Part shown: positions 48,657 to 57,696 of the stretch, in pieces
Layout of the letters: every line of letters starts with the position of its first letter
Position numbering within the stretch: the stretch's first letter is position 1
Assembly: GCA_963716175.1 (NCBI GenBank)
Contig: OY970296.1
Span: 2,912,001 to 2,976,000 of the forward strand
Direction of reading: 5' to 3'
DNA length: 64,000 nt
Origin: an uncultured Armatimonadetes bacterium
GTDB lineage: Bacteria > Armatimonadota > Hebobacteria > Hebobacterales > Hebobacteraceae
Position numbers and translations under genes: made by a program
Notes under the pieces: generated by a model
Told to the model about the DNA's origin: nothing
Database searches by the model: none
The model's input: the letters and a program-made list of their open reading frames with translations, nothing else

Positions 48657-49618
48657 GGCTGTGCTCCCTCCTCTGGCTGCGGAACGCTCTCTCCGAGCAG
48701 CCCCGTCAGCCTCCCGACGGCCGCCAGCTTGGTCCGCACATCCGAGTGCAGGTAGCGGGCCGTCGTCCCCAGGTCGGCATGGCCCAGCAACTCCTGCACG
48801 GTGCGCACGTCCACGCCCTTGTGGATGAGCTGGGTGGCGAAGGTGTGGCGCAGCTTGTGAGGGGTAATCCCCTGGCCCGCCAGCCCCGCCTTCTCCAGGA
48901 TCTCATCGAGCGCCGCGTTGATCACGTGGCCTCGGAGGGGTTGCCCACGGGAGTTCACAAAGAGCCGGCGGCTCGGGGTGTGGGGCCGGTGGGGCAGGTA
49001 CTGCTGGATGGCCGCCACGGCCTGACGGGTGAGGGGGACGATGCGCTGCTTGGCTCCCTTTCCGTGCACCAGCAGCTGCCGGTTGGTCAGGTCCACGTCC
49101 TCCAGGCTGATCAGCACCGCTTCGCCTCTGCGGATGCCCGTCGCCAGCAGCAGCATGATGAGGCACCGATGCCAGGGCAGTTCGGCCGCCGCCAGCAGTT
49201 GCTGCGCCTGCTCCTCTGAGAGCGTCACCGGTATGTGCTGCTCCAGCTTCGGGAGCGGCAGCCTCTTGGCGGGATTGCCCTGGAGATAGCCCATATCCTG
49301 GAGGAAGCCGAAGAAGGAGGAGAGACAGGCCAACTTGCTGCGCACCGTGATCGGGGACCAGTGCGACAGGGAGACCGCGTACTGGATCACCAGCTGGCGC
49401 GTGATCGCAGCTGGAGCTGGCAGCGGCCCGGGCTGGGAGGCGAGGAACTGCTGGAAGTTGCGCAGGGTCGTGGCATAGGCTTGGACAGAGGCAGGAGCGC
49501 AACTGCGGTAGCTCCGCAGGTACTCCAGGAACATCGGCACCGCCTGCTCCAAGGGGAGCTCGTTCCCTGTGGAGGGCGGCGCGGCACGGGCCGCTTGGGC
49601 CTGGGCGAGAGTGGTCAT
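48653..49618 (-). CDS. Tyrosine recombinase (XerC/XerD-like), paralog of the downstream gene
   Basis: TGIRRGE, GKGAKQR, HKLRHTFAT, LLGH and TTARY motifs. AGGAGG RBS; 4-bp overlap with its partner. Confidence 0.93.
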   Translation of the reverse strand: MTTLAQAQAARAAPPSTGNELPLEQAVPMFLEYLRSYRSCAPASVQAYATTLRNFQQFLASQPGPLPAPAAITRQLVIQYAVSLSHWSPITVRSKLACLSSFFGFLQDMGYLQGNPAKRLPLPKLEQHIPVTLSEEQAQQLLAAAELPWHRCLIMLLLATGIRRGEAVLISLEDVDLTNRQLLVHGKGAKQRIVPLTRQAVAAIQQYLPHRPHTPSRRLFVNSRGQPLRGHVINAALDEILEKAGLAGQGITPHKLRHTFATQLIHKGVDVRTVQELLGHADLGTTARYLHSDVRTKLAAVGRLTGLLGESVPQPEEGAQP

Positions 49619-49814
49619 GCACGCCTCCTCTGGTGGATGGTTGCGGCATGACATGAATCACTTCAAGCGGCGAACAAGTCCAGGCCTTTGTGCAAGTATT
49701 CTGTGGGGTGGGCCCTAGTGCGGGTATTTTGTACCCCCTCGATTTCGGGCCAGGATGGCTCTAGGAGCCATGAAAAGGGTGGAGTGGGCCGATAAGCCGA
49801 GGTCGCGATTGAAT

Positions 49815-50046
49815 GGTAGAGGATGAGTAGAGGTTAGGTGGAGGATTTCGGGCGCTGTGGGCGGTTTGCCGGCTTTCCGGGCACGACATCAAGTTGCGGC
49901 GAACGGGACTGAACGGCTGCAGGACGCCGCGTGAGAGGATTCCGCAGCGCCGCTTTCATGTCCGGGCGACTCCGCGCGAAGTAGAGGATCAGTAGAGGAT
50001 CGGTAGAGGTTGAGTAGGGGATCTGGGCCTCGCGGAGTAGAGGATC
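49815..50046. repeat. Eight copies of an 11-bp motif, consensus AGTAGAGGATC, in two phased arrays
   Basis: Three tandem copies at 49815-49847, four at 49980-50023 and one at 50036-50046. Confidence 0.85.
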
Positions 50047-50319
50047 GGCCAGGTCTCCGCCACCAAGGCCTCACCCAAGGCATCGTCACAAGCGGAGCAG
50101 CGTACAGATCCCGCGCTGGCATGATGATGCCGGCACCTGACGCCGACGGGCCGCAGCCGCGATCGGGCCGCTCGCATCGCCGGTCGGCTTCTGCCATCGC
50201 CTCCCAACTCGACGCGGTCGCTGTGCTCGCGCGGTGGCCTGAGCGACAGGCGGACGATCCGACCCAACCCTTCTCCCTCGCATGGGCGACCAGGATGCGG
50301 AGGTCGCACTAGGAGGCTC

Positions 50320-50349
50320 TTGACATCGGCTTGTGATATAGGCTATAGT
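50320..50349 (+). promoter_or_regulatory. Sigma70 promoter TTGACA-18-TATAGT
   Basis: Perfect -35 and near-perfect -10, about 30 bp upstream of the XRE gene. Confidence 0.65.
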
Positions 50350-50378
50350 GCATAAGACCCATACTCAGGGGTTCGGCA

Positions 50379-50906
50379 ATGACCGAGAAACAGATCGGCA
50401 AGAGGCTTCGCAAACTGCGCAAGAAGCGGCGTCTGCGCCAGCAGGATCTAGCGCTCGCGATTGAGGGCATCGACGCGGTGGTGGTGTCACGCTGGGAGAA
50501 CGGGGAGGGCCTGCGGCGCTTTATCCGCCACGCGCCCGAGCTCATGGTGCTGCTGGGCCCCGATGTCTGGCGGCTGGTGTACCAAGCAGCCGACACCATC
50601 CATCGCCGAGACGACTGGGAGTGGGTCGGCCCCATCGCCAAAGCGCTCACCGACCTCTTGCGAGAGAAGACTCTGCGCGTGCGGGCCCGGGCACGGGCAG
50701 AGAGATGGATGCTTCCTGACTTCCCCACTCTGGAGGAGGTGGCGGAGCGGCTCGGCAGGAAGGAACCGCTGTCGTTGATGGACCAGCTCCACCTCTCGGA
50801 CGCCATCTGGTGCACGGACATCACCCGGGGGTGGCAGTTGACGGAGCAGCAACGTAGGGCGGCCACCCGCGCCCACCGGCGCACGACCAGGCCGCCGGAT
50901 CTCTAG
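50379..50906 (+). CDS. XRE-family HTH regulator
   Basis: IGKRLRKLRKKRRLRQQDLA...VSRWENG motif. Confidence 0.8.
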   Translation: MTEKQIGKRLRKLRKKRRLRQQDLALAIEGIDAVVVSRWENGEGLRRFIRHAPELMVLLGPDVWRLVYQAADTIHRRDDWEWVGPIAKALTDLLREKTLRVRARARAERWMLPDFPTLEEVAERLGRKEPLSLMDQLHLSDAIWCTDITRGWQLTEQQRRAATRAHRRTTRPPDL

Positions 50907-50925
50907 CTCATATCAGCCGTCGGTC

Positions 50926-51573
50926 ATGGCGGGAGCGAGGCAGCACATGAGCGGCGATCAAAGCACGGAGCAGGGCCTCAGATCATGGGATCGCCAGCTT
51001 GGTGAGAGCGAGCTGGCCCACCAGGCCTTCCTGGCATACCGGGATTCCGGGATTCCCCGGAACCTCGCCGCTACCGCGCGAGCGCTGGGCAAGCACGAAG
51101 GCCAGCTCTATCGCTGGAAGGATCGGCACGGGTGGGGCTACCGCCTGCTGGCCTGGGACGCGGCGCAGGGGAAGGCAGCGGAGGAGACGGCGCAGCGGGA
51201 ATGGGAGAGGCGCCGGCGCCGCTGGAGCCAGGCCGGAGATCACGTCCTGCAGGCCCTGCTGAGCAGACTGCTGGGCCTCATCACCACCGATCCCGAGACA
51301 GGCAAGGCGGCGCTGGATGGGAGAGTCAAGCTCGAACTCGGGCTGGGCATCGGGGAGTTCATCATGAAGTTCCAGCGCTGGCTGGCGGAGGCCCCTGCCG
51401 GCCCCGACGGGCCACCGGAGGCGGGCCCCGAGCTTCGCCGGATGGCGAGCGTGGAGCTGGAGAAGCTGAAACAACTGGCACTGGAGCAAGACACCGACCA
51501 CGAGGAGGCAGGAGGCGATGGCAAGCCGAAGTCGAGGCGCAAGCGCAGCGAGAGCGCGCAGACGCGCTCCTGA
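50926..51573 (+). CDS. Terminase small subunit-like protein
   Basis: GES..A.QAF..YRD.G..R.L...A..LGK....L.RW...HGW..R..AWD pattern; lies upstream of terL. Confidence 0.6.
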   Translation: MAGARQHMSGDQSTEQGLRSWDRQLGESELAHQAFLAYRDSGIPRNLAATARALGKHEGQLYRWKDRHGWGYRLLAWDAAQGKAAEETAQREWERRRRRWSQAGDHVLQALLSRLLGLITTDPETGKAALDGRVKLELGLGIGEFIMKFQRWLAEAPAGPDGPPEAGPELRRMASVELEKLKQLALEQDTDHEEAGGDGKPKSRRKRSESAQTRS

Positions 51574-52816
51574 GGTTCGCGACACGCGGGAGCTGCAGAT
51601 CGAGCACGTCCCGATCGACCGGCTGCGTCCCTGGCCGGGCAACCCGCGCGTCATGTCGGAGCCGGAGATGGCGAAGCTTATCCGGTCCATTGAGCAGTTC
51701 GGCCTGGTCGAGCCGCTGGTGGTGAGGAGACAGGATGACACCGTCATCGGCGGCCATCAGCGACTGGCAGCGGTGAAAGCGCGGGGCATGGCGCGCGTGC
51801 CTGTGGTCTACGTGGATGTTTCGGAGGCCCAGGCCAAGGCCCTGAACTTGGCGCTGAACAAGATCCAGGGCGAATGGGACCTGCCCAAGCTCGGGGAGCT
51901 GCTCGAGGAACTGCGCGATCTCCCCGATCTGGATGAGACGCTGTCGGGCTTCGATGACCGGGAGATCGAGACTGTCCTGGCAGAACTGGAGCGCCAGCAA
52001 CTCCCGGCGCCATGGGAGGAGAGCTTCGATGTGGCCGCGGAGATGCTGCAGGCACAGCGGCACGCGGCGCCGACGCGAGTGAAGCTGGGCGATATCTGGC
52101 AGCTCGGCCGGCACCAGCTCTATTGCGGTGACAGCCTCGCGCCCGGCGCGCTCGAGCGATTACTGGACGGAAGCAGGGCCGACGTGGTGCTGACCGACCC
52201 GCCGTACGGCGTCGGGTACCGATCAACTCTGGCCAAGCGCGGACGCAGGAAGCAGGGGATCGCCAATGACGCGGTGGGCGACTTCGACGCATTCCTCGAA
52301 AGAGCACTGCCGACTATCCAGTCGGTGATGAAGCGCGGCGGGGTGATGTACTGGTTTGCGGGAGGTGGGGGAGGAGAGCCCGTGCTGGCGAAGGCGCTGC
52401 TCGCGATCGCGCAGCACTTCACCCTGCTCAACACCATCGCCTGGGACAAGGTCGATCCGGGCTTGGGATGGCGTTGGCGCCGGAGCTGGGAGGCCGTCAT
52501 CGAGGCGAGCGTGGGAAAGCCGCGCGTCTGGAATGGCGGTACTGAGATGCGCAATGTGCTGCGCTTTGCCAAGGCAATCCCCCGGGCCGACGACCATCCC
52601 ACCCCCAAGCCCGTCGCGCTCCTCGAAGAGATCATCAAGGCGGCCGCACCCGGCCGCGGGGTGATCCTCGATCCGTTCGCCGGTTCGGGCGCCACCTTGA
52701 TCGCGGCGGAGCGGACGGGACGGACCTGCTCGGCCGCGGAGTTAGAACCCAGGTACTGCGACATCGTGGTTGCCCGATGGGAGGCACTGACGGGAGCTTG
52801 CGCCCAGCGCGGGTGA
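51518..52816 (+). CDS. Phage-type ParB-like domain plus DNA amino-methyltransferase (N6-A/N4-C)
   Basis: PWPGNPR, SIEQFG and IGGHQRL in the ParB-like part; LTDPPY, HPTPKP and LDPFAGSG in the MTase part. Confidence 0.9.
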   Translation: MASRSRGASAARARRRAPEVRDTRELQIEHVPIDRLRPWPGNPRVMSEPEMAKLIRSIEQFGLVEPLVVRRQDDTVIGGHQRLAAVKARGMARVPVVYVDVSEAQAKALNLALNKIQGEWDLPKLGELLEELRDLPDLDETLSGFDDREIETVLAELERQQLPAPWEESFDVAAEMLQAQRHAAPTRVKLGDIWQLGRHQLYCGDSLAPGALERLLDGSRADVVLTDPPYGVGYRSTLAKRGRRKQGIANDAVGDFDAFLERALPTIQSVMKRGGVMYWFAGGGGGEPVLAKALLAIAQHFTLLNTIAWDKVDPGLGWRWRRSWEAVIEASVGKPRVWNGGTEMRNVLRFAKAIPRADDHPTPKPVALLEEIIKAAAPGRGVILDPFAGSGATLIAAERTGRTCSAAELEPRYCDIVVARWEALTGACAQRG

Positions 52817-54429
52817 GCGGTCATTGGGTTTCCGACGCACCCGAGGTGAAGGTGATGGGACGAACGAAGGACAGTCGCAGCCCGTACCAGCACGCGCTCG
52901 AGGAGATCGATCGGGTGCTGGACCGACGCGCTGATCCGATCGGCTGGATTGAGAGCAACCTGTGGCTGCGCACCAAGCAAAGGACAGTATCACCTTTTCT
53001 CCTGAACCCCGCCCAGCGGGACTACTACCGCAGGCGCACCACCCGCGACGTCGTGCTCAAAGGGAGGCAGATCGGTTGCAGCACCATGTGCTGCGCGTTG
53101 CTGTTCGCGGACACGGTGCTGCAGCCCAACGTCCACTCGGCGATCGTCGCCCACGACTTCGCCTCCAGTAAGCGGCTCTTTCAGATCATCCACCGGTTCT
53201 GGGAGCTGCTGCCCGAGCAGGAGCGGGCTGAGATCGGCAAGCCCCGCATCTACAGCCAGGAGGAGCTCTACTGGCCTTCCCTTGGCAGCCGCCTTTTCGT
53301 GGGGACAGCCGGCTCCCGCAGCTTCGGCCGCAGCCAAACCTTCGACAGCGTGCTGTGTTCCGAATTTGCCCGCTGGCCGGAACCGGAGGCGGCGCTCATC
53401 TCGCTCACCGAGGCGGTGCCCGCGACCGGCCGCATCATCGTCGAGTCGACCCCAGAGGGCATGGGGAATCCCTTTCACGAGCTGTGGATCCGGGCCAAAG
53501 CCGGGGAGAACGGATACCGGCCGCACTTTTATGCCTGGTGGTGGGATCTGGGATACCGGCTGGCGGGGCCGCCGCCGGAGGACATCACAGACGAGGAAGC
53601 CCAGCTTATGCGCGCCCATAACCTGGATGAGGATCAGCTGCGGTGGCGCCGCGCCAAGATGCGAGAGCTGAGAGATCGGTTCGCGCAGGAGTATCCGGAA
53701 AGCGATCTTACCTGCTTTCTGGCCAGCAACCGCGGCTGCTTCGATCCCCACGCGCTGGCCGGGGCCGGCCTGCGGATCGCGGGTGAGCCGCAGCCCGAGC
53801 AGATTCCCACTCTGCCTGATCGCTCCGGGCAGTCATTGGCAATCCCACCCGCTCGCCTCTTCATCTGGCGCCGCCCCGAAGCCGGGCGCAGCTACGTGAT
53901 GGGGGCCGACATCGGGGAAGGGCTGGACCACAGTGACCCCTCGGCCGCCTGCGTGCTCGATGAGAAGAGTGGTGAGCAGGTGGCGGAGTTGCAGGGGCGG
54001 GTCTCTCCCGAGCGCTTCGCCCGCTTGCTGGATGCGCTGGGCCGCTACTACCATGACGCCCACCTGGCGGTGGAGAGGAACGGTCACGGCCACTCGACTC
54101 TGAGCACGCTGCTGCACACCACGCAGTATCCGGCCCTCTACCACCATAGTGACTACGATCAGTCAGGGCGGCAAGAGCGCCGGCCGGGCTGGCCCACCAA
54201 TCAGAAGACCAAGCCCATCATGATCGACGATCTCGCGGAGGCGATCGCGGGAGGGCAGTTGCTGATTCATTCCGCGGAGTTGTTGGACGAATGCCGCAGC
54301 TTCGTCACCACGGACACCGGCGCCACCGAGGCACAGCCCGGCAGGCACGATGACCGGGTTATAGCGGCCGCCATCGCGTGGCAGGTGCGCAAGCGACCCA
54401 GGCCGGTGTTTCGGATCGCGAGGGCATGA
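52813..54429 (+). CDS. terL: Phage terminase large subunit
   Basis: KGRQIG Walker A, SEFA, IVESTP, QEYP, YVMGADIGEG, AVERN and HDDRVIA motifs. Start is GTG 52813 or ATG 52855. Confidence 0.88.
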   Translation: MSGHWVSDAPEVKVMGRTKDSRSPYQHALEEIDRVLDRRADPIGWIESNLWLRTKQRTVSPFLLNPAQRDYYRRRTTRDVVLKGRQIGCSTMCCALLFADTVLQPNVHSAIVAHDFASSKRLFQIIHRFWELLPEQERAEIGKPRIYSQEELYWPSLGSRLFVGTAGSRSFGRSQTFDSVLCSEFARWPEPEAALISLTEAVPATGRIIVESTPEGMGNPFHELWIRAKAGENGYRPHFYAWWWDLGYRLAGPPPEDITDEEAQLMRAHNLDEDQLRWRRAKMRELRDRFAQEYPESDLTCFLASNRGCFDPHALAGAGLRIAGEPQPEQIPTLPDRSGQSLAIPPARLFIWRRPEAGRSYVMGADIGEGLDHSDPSAACVLDEKSGEQVAELQGRVSPERFARLLDALGRYYHDAHLAVERNGHGHSTLSTLLHTTQYPALYHHSDYDQSGRQERRPGWPTNQKTKPIMIDDLAEAIAGGQLLIHSAELLDECRSFVTTDTGATEAQPGRHDDRVIAAAIAWQVRKRPRPVFRIARA

Positions 54430-54690
54430 CGCACCGAGGATCGCGCATCGGCCCGCTGCTTGCGCGGGGCGGTCCGCATGCGGGCACTAGAGCCGAATTC
54501 AGTCCCCAATCTACGGTCGCATCGCTATGCGTCAACCGCGGTAAGGACTGGCAACGACCGATCCCTTTTTCGCCTTGCTGAAACAGACGTTTGTGGCGCG
54601 AGTCGGAGTATCGGCCGAGCCCTGAGGCCCCGGGGCCGGTTCCACCGGCGGGTGACATGCACACTCGGCCCCAGGCTGAGAAGTCAGGCT

Positions 54691-56106
54691 TCACTGTGCC
54701 ACCACCAGGAGGCGCGCCGCCTGCGCCACAAAGTGCTCCACGGAGACAACACAGAAGCCGGTTGCAGCCAGCAGGTCCCGCAACTCCTCCTCCGTGTACT
54801 GCTTCGAATGTTCACTGATGTCACGCGCCACACCAGGGGCAAACTCTGGTATCTCCCGCCAGTGACACTCTCGTCGCGTCGGCAGGTCAGCCGGGGGCGG
54901 AGCATACTCCGCCGCGTCGGGGGTGACGAGAACGAGGGTGCCACCTTCGACCAGATGCCTCCGCAACCACCGGAGAGGCCCGGCAGGCGCGAAGGCGAGG
55001 TGCTCCAGCGTCTCAGAGAATAGGACAAGATCGCAGGGGCCGACATCTATCTCGAAAAGTCGCGGGTCGTCCAGATCGGCCCGCAGGAGAGGGAAACGCC
55101 ACTCCAGTTGCACCTCGCGCGGCGTACGGTCGTCAATGTCGAGCGCCACGACTTCCCATCCCAGGCGCGAGAGGAAAACGGCCTCCGTCCCGAACTTGGC
55201 CCCGGCCACCAACGCCCGTCCAGCTGGCAGGGGCACGATCTTCTCCGCGCAGGCCACCTTCCACCCCAGGGAGTAGGCATCGTACTGCTCACTTGGCGTG
55301 TACCGCGCCACCTCCGCCATGCACTCCCGGTACAACGCCGTGATCTCCTCGCGGGTAATCGGGTAAGAGTCCGCCTTCCGCGGCAGCCGCGACGGCCGCG
55401 GTCCAGGCGAGAAGCCCGGTCCCACGGCGCCCCCTCCGTGCGACGGCAGCACGACCTGCTCGGGCCGTCCCGGCACCCCGAGCCCCTCCCACGTCCACAC
55501 CCCCGGCGAGCACAGCACCCACAGGCCATCGGCCAGCCGCTCCTGCGTGCTGCAGCGATGAGATGGCTCCCCGGAGAGGAAGGCCTCGTCGCCGCACCAC
55601 TCGCCCCACCGGCAGAGGAGCCGTGGCCGCGGATCGTCTGGAGTGGCAAGGCTCTCATCCACTGGCATGATGAAGGGAGTGAAGGGGTCGCCGGTGAGCT
55701 CGTGGGCAAGCCCCAGAAGCCTCGGCGGGAACTCCTCAGGCCACACCCGCGCCGCGAGCTCCCATACCCACCGCACCCAAGCGAGAGGGCCGAAGTCCCG
55801 GGCTGGTGCGCGGTTCACGATTCGCCCCGGCCCCTCCATCCAGGCCGCGTTCCTGCGGAGGTCCACGCGTAACTCGTCCCTCTGGCGGCGCAAGTGCTGC
55901 AGTCGCGCCGCGACCATGCCTGCATCCTCGGCGGCACCCGCCGCCCGCGCTATCCGCGTTAGACTGCCAGGGGTGAGGGGATCGGTCTGTTCCTCCATTC
56001 CAACGTAGGCGGCAATAGCGAGAGACACCACCGCGTCAGCCGCCTGCTCCGGCGTAGCGTCCACCACCCCGCGCATCTCCGGCGGCAGATCCTCACCGCG
56101 CATCAT
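54691..56106 (-). CDS. Protein with a C-terminal class I SAM methyltransferase domain
   Basis: LVAGAKFG, SETLEHL, LVTPD and HSKQYT motifs; N-terminal half unassigned. Confidence 0.65.
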   Translation of the reverse strand: MMRGEDLPPEMRGVVDATPEQAADAVVSLAIAAYVGMEEQTDPLTPGSLTRIARAAGAAEDAGMVAARLQHLRRQRDELRVDLRRNAAWMEGPGRIVNRAPARDFGPLAWVRWVWELAARVWPEEFPPRLLGLAHELTGDPFTPFIMPVDESLATPDDPRPRLLCRWGEWCGDEAFLSGEPSHRCSTQERLADGLWVLCSPGVWTWEGLGVPGRPEQVVLPSHGGGAVGPGFSPGPRPSRLPRKADSYPITREEITALYRECMAEVARYTPSEQYDAYSLGWKVACAEKIVPLPAGRALVAGAKFGTEAVFLSRLGWEVVALDIDDRTPREVQLEWRFPLLRADLDDPRLFEIDVGPCDLVLFSETLEHLAFAPAGPLRWLRRHLVEGGTLVLVTPDAAEYAPPPADLPTRRECHWREIPEFAPGVARDISEHSKQYTEEELRDLLAATGFCVVSVEHFVAQAARLLVVAQ

Positions 56107-56291
56107 GCTGGTTCCCCCCTCCGCGTCCTGTCGTGGTCGGCCGGGTAGTCATCGCGCATGCCCTTCGGCGGCTCCACGGGCAGCAGGCCGGCCTTCCATG
56201 CCTGCTCGCGTACGTAGGCCCTGACGTCGGCATAGCTCTCCCCAGCAAGGCCATTCAGCGCCTCCACGCGACTGTGCGTAGTCAGCGCCAA
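56103..56291 (-). pseudogene. Short ORF or C-terminal gene remnant next to the IS end
   Basis: Translationally coupled to 54691-56106, has no clear RBS and begins ~25 bp from the IS terminus. Confidence 0.35.
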
Positions 56292-56409
56292 TAGGGATGT
56301 GTCTCATCTGAGACCGTGACCTGCCCCCGTAAGTGATACCACCCGCTAAGTGAGTCTCATAGCGGAGGGGGGTGCTCCCCGTTTCTGTACCACCTGGAAT
56401 GAGACTTCT

Positions 56410-57252
56410 TCAGTTCAAAACAGTAAGCGCATGTTTGCTGACCGCAGGGGTCAGCGCCGCGGCCGAGGCCCGCGCGAAGTCCTCCGGCGACAGCTCTCCG
56501 AGCGCGCTGTGCGGCCGCCCCGCATTGTAGTGCTTCCGCCAGGCTTCGATCCTCTCCTGCGCATCCGCCACCGATAGGAACCAATGCTCGTTCAGGCATT
56601 CCTGTCGGAAGCGGCTGTTGAACGCCTCAATGAGCGCATTGTCCTGGGGCTTTCCGGGGCGGCTGAAGTCCAGCGTCACTCCGTTCCAGTACGCCCATTG
56701 GTCCATCGCTACCGACGTGAACTCAGTGCCGTTGTCCACGCGGATGCTGCGGGGCGCACCCCGCTGCCGGATCACCTCGTTGAGCACCTCCACCACGTCG
56801 TCGCCCTTCAGGCTGACTCCCACCTTCAGTGCGAGACACTCACGGCTGTAGTTGTCCACCAGCGTCAGAATCCGAATCCATCGTCCCGAATACAACTGGT
56901 CCGACATGAAGTCCATGCTCCAGGTTTCGTTGGTCTGTTGAGCGGCCGCGATCCTCACCCTCCGCGCCGCGCTCACCCGTCTCCTGGGGCGTCTGCGGCG
57001 CAATCCCAGCCCTTCCTCCCGGTAGAGCCGGAACACCAGCTTGTGGTTGGCCTCCCAGCCCTCTCTCCGCAACAGCAGTCCGAGCCGCCTATATCCGTAG
57101 CTCGGCCGAGCTCCAGCCAGGTCCCGCAACCTTCCCCTCAAGTCATCCCGCCTGTTCGCCAGGCTCCGGTAGCGGTGGCTCGCGCGAGGGACGTGCAACA
57201 CCGCACAGGCCCGACGCTCGCTTACCCCGTAGCTCGCCACCAGCGATTGCAC
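56410..57252 (-). CDS. IS3-family transposase OrfB (DDE)
   Basis: YGYRR, WSMDF, VDNGTEF, DNALIEAFN and YNAGRPHSALG motifs. Probably expressed as an OrfAB fusion. Confidence 0.95.
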   Translation of the reverse strand: MQSLVASYGVSERRACAVLHVPRASHRYRSLANRRDDLRGRLRDLAGARPSYGYRRLGLLLRREGWEANHKLVFRLYREEGLGLRRRRPRRRVSAARRVRIAAAQQTNETWSMDFMSDQLYSGRWIRILTLVDNYSRECLALKVGVSLKGDDVVEVLNEVIRQRGAPRSIRVDNGTEFTSVAMDQWAYWNGVTLDFSRPGKPQDNALIEAFNSRFRQECLNEHWFLSVADAQERIEAWRKHYNAGRPHSALGELSPEDFARASAAALTPAVSKHALTVLN

Positions 57253-57275
57253 CAGCTCCCGCCGGCGAACAGGCG

Positions 57276-57542
57276 TCAGGCTTTTTTTCGCAGCACCTCC
57301 TGCAGCATCGCCTTATCCAGCGTCAGGTCAGCCACCAGCTGCCGCAGCCGGCGGTTCTCATCTTCCACCTGCCGCAGCCGCCTGATCTCGGACACTCCGA
57401 GCCCCGCGTACCGCCGCTTCCAGCGGTAGAACGTCTGCTCCGCCACCCCCATCTTCCGGCAGATCTCCGCCACCGCGGTGCCCGCCTCCGCCTGCTGCAA
57501 TGCGAACGCGATCTGGGGTTCTGTGTACCGCTTCCGCTGCAT
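57276..57542 (-). CDS. IS3-family transposase OrfA (HTH)
   Basis: RYTEPQI, ICRKMGVAEQTFYRWK and ENRRLRQLVADL motifs; ends in an A7G slippery site at 57281-57288. Confidence 0.95.
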   Translation of the reverse strand: MQRKRYTEPQIAFALQQAEAGTAVAEICRKMGVAEQTFYRWKRRYAGLGVSEIRRLRQVEDENRRLRQLVADLTLDKAMLQEVLRKKA

Positions 57543-57696
57543 CTCAATACCCTCCCGGAATGAGTTTCCTTCCGCTTGCTTCCTCTCATTCTGGGTGGAT
57601 CAGAAAACGGGGATCAGGCCCCAGGACTCCATCTATGACATTACACCTGGACTCGTTCTTGGGGGCAAGGCCATCCGGTTGACGCGCCGGATCGTC

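Larger units (their letters stand above)
56317..57621 (-). mobile_element. IS3-family insertion sequence
   Basis: Imperfect terminal IRs (TGACCTGCCCCCGTAAGTGATACCACCC vs reverse complement GGCCTGATCCCCGTTTTCTGATCCACCC) and orfA/orfB organisation. Target duplication not evident. Confidence 0.9.

Noticed and set aside
35070-49618. Integron with cassette array
   Set aside because: The recombinases lack the IntI-specific insertion, no attC-like sites were seen, and the genes are large with mixed orientation.
49815-50046. CRISPR array
   Set aside because: Repeats are 11 bp and directly tandem with no unique spacers; no cas genes are present.
51518-52816. Restriction-modification or defence system
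   Set aside because: No nuclease partner; ParB-methyltransferase fusions beside terminases are a common phage arrangement.
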